From: Actinomycetes bacterium
GTDB lineage: Bacteria; Actinomycetota; Acidimicrobiia; Acidimicrobiales; RAAP-2
Assembly: GCA_021782915.1 (NCBI GenBank)
Contig: JAJXUK010000003.1
Location: 18,937 to 82,936 of the forward strand
Length of the DNA: 64,000 nucleotides
Direction of reading: 5' to 3'
Shown here: positions 33,199 through 42,302 of the stretch, in pieces
How the letters are laid out: every line of letters begins with the position of its first letter
Numbering within the stretch: position 1 is the stretch's first letter
Translations under genes and position numbers: made by a program
The notes under the pieces: generated by a model
The model's database searches: none
What the model saw: only the letters and a program-made list of their open reading frames with translations
Told to the model about the DNA's origin: nothing

Positions 33199-33660
33199 CT
33201 AGCGGGAGAGGACGAAGCTCTCGGCGTTGCCCGTCTGCTCGGCCAGTCTGACCAGGGACCTCGCCGCCACGGCGAAGCCGGGCTCGTCGATGGAGCCCGG
33301 GTGGCTCGCCAGGCCCGCGCAGGCGCGCAGCTGGCGCCGGGTGACCTCGGCGACGGCCTCGAAGCGCGCGTCGAGCGGGCCGAGGTCGACCAGGCTGACC
33401 AGCAGGCGCGGGCCGATGACCACGCTGAAGGCGTACAGGGCGAGGGCCCCCGAGGGCTCCGCGCCGGCGCGCGCCAGGATCTCGGTGACCACCGGGTGCG
33501 CCGGCGCGGGGTCGAACTGCACGCTCAGCTCGGCGTAGGCGCGCGCCGCGCGCGACAGGCAGATGACGTAGGGCCCGTGCTCCAGGTGTGGCACCTCGCG
33601 CTCGAGCCCCTGGTGCACGCCCGTCACCAAGGAGGCGACGTGTTCGACCTCGCCGCTCAC
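33199..33660 (-). CDS. hypothetical protein translationally coupled to nadE
   Basis: 153 aa from GTG 33660 (GTGA overlap with the nadE stop). No motif I can assign. The 271-aa ORF-track version overlaps nadE. Confidence 0.5.
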   Translation of the reverse strand: MSGEVEHVASLVTGVHQGLEREVPHLEHGPYVICLSRAARAYAELSVQFDPAPAHPVVTEILARAGAEPSGALALYAFSVVIGPRLLVSLVDLGPLDARFEAVAEVTRRQLRACAGLASHPGSIDEPGFAVAARSLVRLAEQTGNAESFVLSR

Positions 33661-35417
33661 GGGCGCGGCACGCGAAAACCGTTGGTGATCGGCATGCGCC
33701 GGTCGCGACCGAAGGCCTTCTTCGAGATGCGCACGCCCGGCGGGCTCTGGCGGCGCTTGTACTCCGCGGCGTCCACCAGTCGCGCCACGCGGGCCACCAG
33801 GCTCGGGTCGTGGCCCTCGGCGATCAGCTCGCCCGCCGTGGCGTCGCGGTCCACGTAGCCCGCCAGCAGCGGGTCCAGCAGCTCGTAGGGGGGCAGGGAC
33901 TGATCGTCTCGCTGGTCGGCGCGCAGCTCGGCCGAGGGCGCCTTGCTCAGCACCTCGATCGAGATGGGCTCGGGGTCCCCGGCCTCGCGCGCGCGGGCGT
34001 TGCGGTGCCGGCACAGCTCGTAGACCATCGTCTTGGGCACGTCCTTGATGACGGCGAAGCCCCCGGCCGAGTCCCCGTAGAGGGTCGAGTAGCCCACCGC
34101 CATCTCGGACTTGTTACCGGTGGTCAGCACGATCGCCCCGGTGGCGTTGGAGATCGCCATCAGGATGACACCGCGGATGCGTGACTGCAGGTTCTCGTCG
34201 GTCAGCCCGCTCGGGACCTCGCCGAGGCCCGCGCCCAGCATCTCGGCGAAGGCCGCGTGGGCCGCCTCGATCGGGATCGTCGTGACCTCGACGTCCAGGC
34301 GCGCGCCCAGCTCGTAGGCGTCAGTGAGCGAGCCCGGCGAGGAGTAGCGGCTCGGCATCGCGACGCCGCGCACCGCGCGTGCGCCCACGGCGTCGACCGC
34401 GATCGTGGCCACCAGGGAGGAGTCGACCCCACCGGACACGCCCAGGACCACGGAGCGAAAGCCGTTCTTCCAGATGTAGTCGCGCGTGCCCATCACCAAG
34501 GCGTCGTAGATCTCGGCGATCTCGCTGGCCGGCTCGGCCAGCGAGTTGACGCTGGCCGCGCGCGCGCGACGCTCATCGCGCGGGTAGGCCACGTCGAGGC
34601 GCACGCCCGCGCCGGACTCGCGCGCCTCAATGTCCACGACGAGCAGCTCCTCGGCGAAGGCCCGCGCGCGCGCCAGCACGGCGCCCGTCGCGTCGACCAC
34701 GACGCTCTGGCCGTCGAAGACCAGCTCGTCCTGGCCACCGACGAGGTTGACGTAGGCGATGGGACATCCGGTCTCACGGGCGCGCTCGGCGAGCATGGCC
34801 TCGCGCTCCTCACGCCGGCCCCGCGCGAAGGGCGACGCGTTGGCCACCACGATCAGCGTTGCGCCCTGGGCCGCCAGCTCGGCCGCCGGCCCGGCGGCCA
34901 TCCACACGTCCTCGCAGATCAGCAGGCCGAGCGCCACACCGTTGACGTTGATGATCGAGTGCGGGCCGACGCCGGCGTGGAAGTAGCGCTGCTCGTCGAA
35001 GACCTCGTAGTTGGGCAGCAGGCGCTTCGTGGCCGTGGCGATCACGCCGTCGCTCAGGGCGACCAGGGCGTTGGCCACGTGGGGCCAGGGCTCCTCGGAG
35101 ACGACGTTGCGCGCGTCGGGCGAGGGCGCCAGGCTCACGGCCCCCTCGGCCTCGCTCACCACCGTTCCCACGAGCAGTGGGGGCAGGCCCTCCGCATCAC
35201 GCAGGCTGATCAGGGCCAGCTCGGCCGCGTCGATGAAGCCCTCCTTGAGCAGCAGGTCCTCCGGGGGATAGCCGGTGAGGGCGAGCTCGGGGCTGAGTAC
35301 CACGTCGGCCCCAACGCCGGCGGCCTGGTGGCGGAAGCGATCCAGGGTCTCGACGTTGCGCGCGAAGTCGCCCACGACGGCGTTCATCTGGGCGAGGGCG
35401 AGTCGCACGGCCGGCAC
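33657..35417 (-). CDS. nadE: glutamine-dependent NAD+ synthetase
   Basis: 586 aa, GTG start. N-terminal CN-hydrolase domain (LALAQMN...ICED) plus C-terminal PP-loop synthetase (VLGVSGGVDSS). Confidence 0.9.
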   Translation of the reverse strand: MPAVRLALAQMNAVVGDFARNVETLDRFRHQAAGVGADVVLSPELALTGYPPEDLLLKEGFIDAAELALISLRDAEGLPPLLVGTVVSEAEGAVSLAPSPDARNVVSEEPWPHVANALVALSDGVIATATKRLLPNYEVFDEQRYFHAGVGPHSIINVNGVALGLLICEDVWMAAGPAAELAAQGATLIVVANASPFARGRREEREAMLAERARETGCPIAYVNLVGGQDELVFDGQSVVVDATGAVLARARAFAEELLVVDIEARESGAGVRLDVAYPRDERRARAASVNSLAEPASEIAEIYDALVMGTRDYIWKNGFRSVVLGVSGGVDSSLVATIAVDAVGARAVRGVAMPSRYSSPGSLTDAYELGARLDVEVTTIPIEAAHAAFAEMLGAGLGEVPSGLTDENLQSRIRGVILMAISNATGAIVLTTGNKSEMAVGYSTLYGDSAGGFAVIKDVPKTMVYELCRHRNARAREAGDPEPISIEVLSKAPSAELRADQRDDQSLPPYELLDPLLAGYVDRDATAGELIAEGHDPSLVARVARLVDAAEYKRRQSPPGVRISKKAFGRDRRMPITNGFRVPRP

Positions 35418-35462
35418 GAGCGCAGCCTACCAACCGTGATTTTGTGGGGGTCCGGGCAACTA

Positions 35463-35491
35463 TTCACACGCGGTTAACACAATGCGGTCAT
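35463..35491. promoter_or_regulatory. candidate GlnR-type box in the nadE/glnII divergent region
   Basis: AT-rich patch TTCAC-acgcgg-TTAAC-acaatgcg-GTCAT. The first two pentamers fit xTxAC-n6-xxAAC. Only one clear a/b pair, so this is weak. Confidence 0.25.
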
Positions 35492-35552
35492 CGCGCGCGA
35501 CGGGCCCAGCAGACTGGAGAGTGACCCGCAGCGGTCAGGACAAGGAGTAACT

Positions 35553-36653
35553 GTGGCGTACCAGGCTGAGTACATCTGGATCGACGGAACAGAGCCCACG
35601 CGCAAGCTGCGCTCCAAGACACGCATCGTCGCCGACGCCAAGGAGCCCGAGATCTGGGGCTTCGACGGCTCGAGCACGAACCAGGCCACGGGCCACTTCT
35701 CGGACTGCGTGCTCATGCCGGTCTTCAGCTGCCCGGACCCGCTGCGCGGGCCCCGCGACGTGCTCGTCATGTGCGAGGTCCTCAACCCGGACATGACTCC
35801 GCACGTGACCAACACCCGGGCGGCCGCCGTGGCGGTGGCCCAGCACTACGCGAGCTTCGTCCCGATGTTCGGCATCGAGCAGGAGTACACCTTCTTCCAG
35901 GACGGCCGGCCCTACGGCTGGCCCGAGGTGGGCTACCCCGCGCCCCAGGGCCCGTACTACTGCGGCGTCGGCGGAGCGAAGTTGCCCGGACGTCAGATCG
36001 TCGAGGCCCACACGGCGGCCTGCCTGCGCGCCGGCATCGCCATCGAGGGCACCAACGCCGAGGTGATGATGGGCCAGTGGGAGTTCCAGGTCGGGGTGCT
36101 GGACACCGTGGCCATCGGCGACCAGCTCTGGACCGCGCGCTGGCTGCTCGAGCGCATCGCCGAGGACTACGGCGTGGACGTGAGTTGGGACGCCAAGCCG
36201 ATCAAGGGTGACTGGAACGGCGCGGGCGCGCACACCAACTTCTCGACCAAGCAGATGCGCGCGCCCGGGGGCTGGGACGCGATCATCGCGGCCTGCGAGG
36301 CCCTGGGCACGCGGGTCAAGGAGCACATCTCCAACTACGGCGTGGGCATCGAGGAGCGCCTTACCGGCGCGCACGAGACGGCGCACTACACGAAGTTCTC
36401 CTACGGCGTCAGCGACCGCGGCTCGTCGATTCGCATCCCGGGCGCCGTGGCGCGCGACAAGCGCGGCTACCTCGAGGACCGGCGCCCGAACGCCAACATC
36501 GATCCCTACGTCGTGGCCCGCCTGATGGTCGAGACGGTCTGTGGCGCGGCGAGCGCGAAGGCCCCGGCCGCCACGGCGCGCGCAAAGAAGGCCGCCGCGA
36601 AGAAGGCCGCCGCGAAGAAGGCCCCGGCCGCGAGGGCCACGACGCGGCGCTAG
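35553..36653 (+). CDS. glnII: glutamine synthetase type II with Lys/Ala-rich C-terminal tail
   Basis: 366 aa, GTG start behind AAGGAG. AEYIWIDG...WGFDGSSTNQA...NAEVMMGQWEFQ typical of GSII. Tail AKAPAATARAKKAAAKKAAAKKAPAARATTRR. Confidence 0.85.
   Translation: MAYQAEYIWIDGTEPTRKLRSKTRIVADAKEPEIWGFDGSSTNQATGHFSDCVLMPVFSCPDPLRGPRDVLVMCEVLNPDMTPHVTNTRAAAVAVAQHYASFVPMFGIEQEYTFFQDGRPYGWPEVGYPAPQGPYYCGVGGAKLPGRQIVEAHTAACLRAGIAIEGTNAEVMMGQWEFQVGVLDTVAIGDQLWTARWLLERIAEDYGVDVSWDAKPIKGDWNGAGAHTNFSTKQMRAPGGWDAIIAACEALGTRVKEHISNYGVGIEERLTGAHETAHYTKFSYGVSDRGSSIRIPGAVARDKRGYLEDRRPNANIDPYVVARLMVETVCGAASAKAPAATARAKKAAAKKAAAKKAPAARATTRR
36582..36626 (+). repeat. three tandem 15-bp units encoding the (A)KKAAA tail of GlnII
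   Basis: gcaaagaaggccgcc / gcgaagaaggccgcc / gcgaagaaggccccg, read directly from the sequence. Confidence 0.8.
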
Positions 36654-36661
36654 CGCCCGAA

Positions 36662-36682
36662 GCCCGCCGCCGCCCGGCGGGC
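36662..36682 (+). terminator. GC hairpin between glnII and glnA
   Basis: GCCCGCCG-ccgcc-CGGCGGGC, 9 nt after the glnII stop. No U-tract. Confidence 0.35.
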
Positions 36683-36717
36683 GTGGCCATCTCAACGGCC
36701 GAGGGGAAGGTGCGAGA

Positions 36718-38010
36718 ATGTCCAGCATGCAGAGCCAGGCCCAGTACGTGCTGCGCACGGTCGAAGAGCGCGGCGTGCGCTTCGTGCAGCTGTGGTTCAC
36801 CGACGTGCTCGGTCGGCCCAAGGCCTTCCACGTCACCCCGGCCGAGCTGGAGGACGCCCTGGACCAGGGCATGACCTTCGACGGCAGCTCGATCGACGGC
36901 TTCTCCCGGGTGCGCGAGTCCGACGTGCTGGCGCGTCCGGACATGCCGGCGTTCCAGCTTTTGCCCTGGTACCCCGAGAGCGCCCGGGTGGCCCGGGTCT
37001 TCTGTGACATCGTCAACATCGACGGCACGCCCTTCGAGGGCTGCCCGCGCCAGCAGCTGCGCCGGGTCCTGGACCGGGCCCTGGGCGAGGGCTACACGTT
37101 CTTCGTCGCCCCGGAGATCGAGTTCTTCCTGCTCGAGTCGGCCGCCGGGCCGCCCCAGCCGCTCGATCACGGCAGCTACTTCGACCTGCTGGCCGACGAC
37201 GCGCCGAGCCAGCTGCGCCGGCGCGCGGTGCTGATGCTCGAGGAGATGGGCGTGGGCGTCGAGCACGCCCAGCACGAGGACGCGCCGGGCCAGCACGAGA
37301 TCGACCTGCGCTACACGGACGCGCTGACGATGGCCGACACCGTCATGACCACCCGCCTGCTGCTCAAGGAGCTCTCGCGCCAGGCCGGGGTCTACGCCAC
37401 CTTCATGCCCAAGCCCCTGGCCGGCGTGCAGGGCTCGGGCATGCACACGCACCTCTCGCTCTGGCGCGACGGGCTCAACGCCTTCGTGGGTGACGGCCCG
37501 TACGGGCTCAGCGAGCTGGCCTCGCGCTTCATCGCCGGCCTGGTGGCCCACGCCCCGGAGATCACCGCCGTGACCAACCAGTGGGTCAACTCCTACAAGC
37601 GCCTGGTGCCCGGCGTGGAGGCCCCGGTCGGGGCCGACTGGGCCCACCTGAACCCCGCCGCGCTGGTGCGCGTGCCCTCGGTGAAGCCGGGTCGGCTCGA
37701 CTCGACGCGCGTCGAGTATCGGGCCCCGGACCCGGCCGCCAACCCCTACCTGGCCTTCGCCGTCATCCTGGCCGCGGGCCTGCGCGGGGTGAGCGGGGCC
37801 TACGAGCTGCCCGGCGAGGGCGAGGCCACCGCCGCGCTGCCCCAGTCACTGGCCGAGGCGCTGGATCTCATGGAGCGCTCCGAGCTGCTGCACGAGACCC
37901 TCGGCGAGCACCAGGTCGAGTGGTTCCTGCGCAACAAGCGCGCCGAGTGGGACGCCTACCGGGGCCAGGTCACCCCCTTCGAGCTCGATCGGTACCTGCC
38001 GCTGCTGTGA
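36718..38010 (+). CDS. glnA: glutamine synthetase type I (about 430 aa form)
   Basis: ATG 36718 (MSSMQSQAQYVLRTVEERGVRFVQLWFTDVLG). GS beta-grasp plus catalytic domain (MPKPLAGVQGSGMHTHLSLW, NSYKRLVPG). Confidence 0.9.
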   Translation: MSSMQSQAQYVLRTVEERGVRFVQLWFTDVLGRPKAFHVTPAELEDALDQGMTFDGSSIDGFSRVRESDVLARPDMPAFQLLPWYPESARVARVFCDIVNIDGTPFEGCPRQQLRRVLDRALGEGYTFFVAPEIEFFLLESAAGPPQPLDHGSYFDLLADDAPSQLRRRAVLMLEEMGVGVEHAQHEDAPGQHEIDLRYTDALTMADTVMTTRLLLKELSRQAGVYATFMPKPLAGVQGSGMHTHLSLWRDGLNAFVGDGPYGLSELASRFIAGLVAHAPEITAVTNQWVNSYKRLVPGVEAPVGADWAHLNPAALVRVPSVKPGRLDSTRVEYRAPDPAANPYLAFAVILAAGLRGVSGAYELPGEGEATAALPQSLAEALDLMERSELLHETLGEHQVEWFLRNKRAEWDAYRGQVTPFELDRYLPLL

Positions 38011-38726
38011 GCGACGTCGTCCTGTGCGTGCCCAGTTGCGAGGGCCCGGTCAAGAAGGCCTTCGAGGTGACCGGCGTGACGCCGAGCGTCGCCGGCACCG
38101 GGCGCATCCAGGAGGTCGCCAGCCTCGAGCCGGCCGACGGCTACGCCGGCGCCGTGATCAACGCGGCGGGCTTCCCCTTCAACGAGGCGATGAACCTGTG
38201 TCGACAGCTGCGCAACCGCGAGCGCCCGATCAGCCCCATCATCCTGCTGCTGGACCACTACCAGCTCGACGACCTGACCTTCCGCGAGGACCTCTTCGAC
38301 GACTTCGTGGTGGGCCCCTTCGACGTGGCCGAGCTGGCCACGCGCCTGCGCCACCGGCTGCGCCGCGCGGGCAACGAGCAGGTCGGTGCGCGCGTCGAGC
38401 ACGGCGGGCTCGTCATGAACCTGGAGACCTACCAGGCCAGCGTGGCCGGGCGCGTCATGGACCTGACGTTCATGGAGTACGAGCTGCTGCGCTTCCTCGC
38501 CACCAACCCCTACCGGGTCTTCACGCGCGAGACGCTGCTGAGCCGGGTCTGGGGCTACGAGTACTACGGCGGGGCGCGCACCGTGGACGTGCACGTGCGC
38601 CGCCTGCGCGCCAAGCTCGGCGAGGAGCACGCGCACCTCGTCCAGACGGTGCGCTCGGTGGGCTACAAGTTCGGCTACCTCGAGCGCGGCGTCTCCGAGG
38701 CCGAGCACCCGCGCTCCGGGGCCTAG
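38007..38726 (+). CDS. OmpR/PhoB-type winged-helix regulator with degenerate (pseudo-)receiver, GlnR-like by context
   Basis: 239 aa from GTG 38007 (GTGA overlap with the glnA stop). C-terminal trans_reg_C (LTFMEYELLRFLATNP...RTVDVHVRRLRAKLG...VGYKF). The receiver lacks the acidic pocket, phospho-Asp, Thr/Ser and Lys. Confidence 0.75.
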   Translation: MSDVVLCVPSCEGPVKKAFEVTGVTPSVAGTGRIQEVASLEPADGYAGAVINAAGFPFNEAMNLCRQLRNRERPISPIILLLDHYQLDDLTFREDLFDDFVVGPFDVAELATRLRHRLRRAGNEQVGARVEHGGLVMNLETYQASVAGRVMDLTFMEYELLRFLATNPYRVFTRETLLSRVWGYEYYGGARTVDVHVRRLRAKLGEEHAHLVQTVRSVGYKFGYLERGVSEAEHPRSGA

Positions 38727-39262
38727 TCCATCGCACTCGGCCAGCGGTTGGCGATCCACTCCTCCCAGCTGAGGACGTCCCGCGGCGCGCTCGGCGCCTC
38801 GCTGAGGGCGAGCTCCTCGTCCTCGGGCACCTCGAAGAGCTCGGCGAAGCCCTCGAGGTCCTCGGCCGACACGGCCAGCGGCGACTCGGCAGCCTCGCGC
38901 CGACGCGCGTGGCGCTGGTGCAGCTCGGCCAGCCCGGCCGCCACGTAGACCGGCTCGTAGCGCGCCCCGAGCGAGCGTGCCAGCCAGAGCAGGGCGAGTC
39001 GCTCGTCGCGCGCCCACAACCCGAAGTCCACGATCACGTCGCAGCCGCCCGTCAGGGCTCGGCGGGTGAGCCAGATCAGGCGGCCCTCGAGCACGTCGCG
39101 TCGGTCCTCGAGGTCGGCCTCGCCGAAGAGCGGGAGCATCCACTCATCCGGGCTCAGGCGCAGGGCGCCGGTGCGCGCCTCGAGCTCGCGCGCCCGGCTC
39201 GTCTTGCCCGGCGCGGGCAGGCCGATCAGCGCGTAGAGCGTGGGGCTGGAGAGGCGGGCCAC
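38723..39262 (-). CDS. P-loop kinase-like ATPase (AAA_33/zeta-like fold)
   Basis: 179 aa. Walker A LIGLPAPGKTS and a Walker B-like VIVDFG. Substrate unknown. Confidence 0.6.
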   Translation of the reverse strand: MARLSSPTLYALIGLPAPGKTSRARELEARTGALRLSPDEWMLPLFGEADLEDRRDVLEGRLIWLTRRALTGGCDVIVDFGLWARDERLALLWLARSLGARYEPVYVAAGLAELHQRHARRREAAESPLAVSAEDLEGFAELFEVPEDEELALSEAPSAPRDVLSWEEWIANRWPSAMD

Positions 39263-39310
39263 GACCTCACAGTACGCAGGCGCGCCCTCGCGCGCGAGCG
39301 GCCCGTGCGA

Positions 39311-39676
39311 TCAGGACGCGGGCGCGTAGGCCCAGAGCTCGACCTCACAGCGCGCCCCGAGCGGCAGCTCGGCCACGGCGAAGGCCGAGCGCGTGGGTCG
39401 CGGCGCGGCGAAGACCTCGGTCCACACCTCGTTGCAGGCGCTGAAGTCCTCCATCGAGACGAGGAACAGTGTTCCCTTGACCACCTGGTCCAGGCGAGCG
39501 CCGGCCTCCTCGAGCAGCGCGGCCGCGTTCGCGAGGGCCTGGCGCAGCTGAGCCGGCGCGCTGGGGTCGACGAAGTCCGTGACTCCCTCGCGCGTGGTCA
39601 CCCCAAGCTGGCCGGAGAGGATGACGAAGTCACCCGCGCGTCGCCACGGTGAGTAGGGGCCGAAGGTCGCAGCCAC
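39311..39676 (-). CDS. RidA/YjgF-family protein
   Basis: 121 aa. GPYSPWRRAGDFVILSGQLG...R.AFAVAELPLGA..EVE pattern. Confidence 0.8.
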   Translation of the reverse strand: MAATFGPYSPWRRAGDFVILSGQLGVTTREGVTDFVDPSAPAQLRQALANAAALLEEAGARLDQVVKGTLFLVSMEDFSACNEVWTEVFAAPRPTRSAFAVAELPLGARCEVELWAYAPAS

Positions 39677-40045
39677 TCAGCTGAAGGAGTTGCCGCAGCC
39701 GCAGGTGCGCGTGGCGTTCGGGTTCGAGATATGAAAGCCCGCACCTGAGAGACCATCGGTGAAGTCCAGCGTCGAGCCGCTCAGCAGGCTGGCGCTCTCG
39801 GCGTCCACGACCACCTGGACCGCGCCGAAGGAGCGCACCACGTCGTCCGCGGCGATCTCGGAGTCGAAGTACATGTCGTAGTTGAAGCCCGAGCAGCCAC
39901 CGGCCTTGACGGCCACGCGCAGGGCCAGGGCCTCCTCGGCGCCCTCGGCGGCGATGAGCTCAGCCACCTTGTCGGCCGCGGTCTGGGTCAGGGTGATGGG
40001 GTCGGCGCTCGGGGCGAGCACCTCGGTCGTCGTCACGTCGGACAT
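39677..40045 (-). CDS. iron-sulfur cluster insertion protein (IscA/ErpA/HesB family)
   Basis: ATG 40045 (MSDVTTTEV). GGCSGFNY and C-terminal CGCGNSFS. Confidence 0.85.
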   Translation of the reverse strand: MSDVTTTEVLAPSADPITLTQTAADKVAELIAAEGAEEALALRVAVKAGGCSGFNYDMYFDSEIAADDVVRSFGAVQVVVDAESASLLSGSTLDFTDGLSGAGFHISNPNATRTCGCGNSFS

Positions 40046-40127
40046 GGCCCTCCTTCGCAAAATGCTGGTCTCATGTTACCGACCCGGCGCCCGAACGCTC
40101 CGGCGCCCCGCCCGGTAGCGTCGGCCC

Positions 40128-41240
40128 ATGGATCACCTGCAGGCCGTGCGCGCGCGCCTGGGCCAGGTGCGCGACCCGGAACTCGGCGCCACGCTGGAGG
40201 AGCTGGGCATGCTCGGCGAGGTGCGCGAGGAGTCCGGCACGCTCGTCGTGGACGTAGCCCTGACGACGCGCGCCTGTCCCCTGCGCGCCACGATCGAACG
40301 CGACGTTGAAGACGCCGCGCGTGCCGCCGGCGTCGAGCGCGTCGAGGTGCGCACCGGCGTCATGGACCCGGCGGCTAAGGCGGCGCTGATGGACCGGGCA
40401 CGCGCGCTCGCCCAGCGCCGGGCACCGTCGACCAGCGTGCCGCACGGGGCCAGCGTGCTGATGGTCGCCTCGGGCAAGGGCGGGGTGGGCAAGAGCTCGC
40501 TCGCCGCGGGCCTGGCCCTCGCCCTGGCCGAGGCCGGGCGCGTCGTCGGCGTGCTCGACGCGGACATCTGGGGCTTCTCACTGGCCGCCCTGCTCGACAT
40601 GAGAGAGCCGGTGCGCGTGCGCGAGGGCCGCATGGTGCCCGTCGCGCGGCGCGTGGGCGCCGGCGAGGTCCGCCTGCTCTCCATGGGTCAGCTGGCCGAG
40701 GACGACGCGGCCCTGCTCTGGCGCGGGCTCGTCGTGCAGAAGGCGGTCGCCCAGTTCATCGAGGACGCGGACTGGTCGGGCTGTGACTACCTGATCATTG
40801 ACACGCCCCCGGGCACCGGGGACATCCACATGACCCTGGCGCGACTGCTGCCCCAGATGGGCCAGCTCGTCATCACCACGCCGGCCGCCGGCGCGGCCGC
40901 CGTCGCCGCACGCGCCGGGGACTTCGCGCGCCGCTCAAACCTGCGAGTGCTGGGCGTGATCGAGAACATGAGCCCCTTCACGTGCGAGGCCGGTGTGCGT
41001 CACGCCCCCTTCGGCGAGGGCGGCGGCGAGCGGGTGGCGCGCGAACTCGGCGTGGACCTCCTCGGCCAGATCCCCCTGAACGAGGACCCGGACATGCTCC
41101 AGGGACCTCTGCGCGCCTCCGGCGAGGCGCTGGCGGCACTGGCGGCGCGCCTGCTCGACGAGCTGGCCCCGAGGGACCTGAGCGGGTGCAGCGCCCGTCT
41201 GCTCGAGCGCGTCGAGGCCGCCCTCGCCGACTCCGCCTAG
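40128..41240 (+). CDS. Mrp/ApbC-type Fe-S cluster carrier ATPase with N-terminal DUF59-like domain
   Basis: 370 aa. VRDPELGATLEELGML N-domain, deviant Walker A ASGKGGVGKSS, and a lone conserved-region Cys at ENMSPFTCEAG. Confidence 0.85.
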   Translation: MDHLQAVRARLGQVRDPELGATLEELGMLGEVREESGTLVVDVALTTRACPLRATIERDVEDAARAAGVERVEVRTGVMDPAAKAALMDRARALAQRRAPSTSVPHGASVLMVASGKGGVGKSSLAAGLALALAEAGRVVGVLDADIWGFSLAALLDMREPVRVREGRMVPVARRVGAGEVRLLSMGQLAEDDAALLWRGLVVQKAVAQFIEDADWSGCDYLIIDTPPGTGDIHMTLARLLPQMGQLVITTPAAGAAAVAARAGDFARRSNLRVLGVIENMSPFTCEAGVRHAPFGEGGGERVARELGVDLLGQIPLNEDPDMLQGPLRASGEALAALAARLLDELAPRDLSGCSARLLERVEAALADSA

Positions 41241-42106
41241 CGCGTTACCCGCACCTGGCCCACGCCGACGCCCAAGTGCAGATAGAGCGTCGGGGCCGAG
41301 AGTCCGAGACCGGCGTTGAGCCCGGGCTGCAGGAACACCCCGCCGATCCCGGTGCGCGCGTCGAGCACCACGCGCGTGCCGGCGGGCACTCGCACGCTCA
41401 GTTGACCCACGTCCACCGAGGCGCTGAGGCTGAGTCGCGACGCGGGCCCAAGAGCGCCCAGGTCGATCTCGAGCGAGCCGGCCAGGAGACGTATCGCAGA
41501 CGGGGACCCTCGGCCCGAGAGGTGCACCACGCGCTGGCCCACGCCGCCGCCGAGGGGGATCCCGCTCAGGGGCCCGGCCGCCACGACGAGCACCCCGGCC
41601 AGCAGGACCAGTGCGACGCCGGCGCCGAGCAGGGCGCTCAGCGCGCGCAGAAAGGTCCGCGCCACACCGATCGGGTGGCGCGCCTCATCGAACAGCGCGA
41701 TCACCAGCGTGATCAACACGACGACGACGAGCACGTGCGGCACGCCCGGATGCTGAGCGCGCGTTGCCGCCGCGACGATCACGAGGCTCGCACCGAGCAG
41801 GATCAGCAAGCGCCGCGCGCGCCGCGGGCTCGGCGCCGCTTCCTCCAGGGGCAGCAGGATCCACAGCGCCAGGTACACGAGCACGCCGAGGCCCCAGGCG
41901 ACGCTGGCCAGGATGAAGCCCACGCGCACGATGGCCGGCTCGACCTTGAAGCGCCGGGCGAGCCCGGCGGCCACGCCGCCGAGGATGCGTCCCTCGCGCA
42001 CACGGCTCAGCGCCGGGGCGGGCGCGTCCCCCACGGGCGCGTCGGGACCTGACACGGGGCCCGCGGGCTCGCTCGGAGGGGTCTCGGACGAGGCTGTCTC
42101 GCTCAT
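41237..42106 (-). CDS. PspC-domain membrane protein
   Basis: 289 aa. PspC motif RILGGVAAGLARRFKVEPAIVRVGFIL followed by several TM segments and a C-terminal beta-rich region. Confidence 0.8.
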   Translation of the reverse strand: MSETASSETPPSEPAGPVSGPDAPVGDAPAPALSRVREGRILGGVAAGLARRFKVEPAIVRVGFILASVAWGLGVLVYLALWILLPLEEAAPSPRRARRLLILLGASLVIVAAATRAQHPGVPHVLVVVVLITLVIALFDEARHPIGVARTFLRALSALLGAGVALVLLAGVLVVAAGPLSGIPLGGGVGQRVVHLSGRGSPSAIRLLAGSLEIDLGALGPASRLSLSASVDVGQLSVRVPAGTRVVLDARTGIGGVFLQPGLNAGLGLSAPTLYLHLGVGVGQVRVTR

Positions 42107-42302
42107 GGTCGCACCGTAGGTCCCCGACGGCGAGCCCCGCCATCAGGATCGACCCTGAGACCTGCCCACTCGCGCGGGACGTTCTCGGGGACTTCCCGGA
42201 GCTCGCACGGGTCCCGGACTGTGCGACACTACGCACATCGCCTCACAGACCCACCCACCCATCGGCGACCCCGCCGAGGACCTGCCCCGACTGGGCCAGG
42301 CC

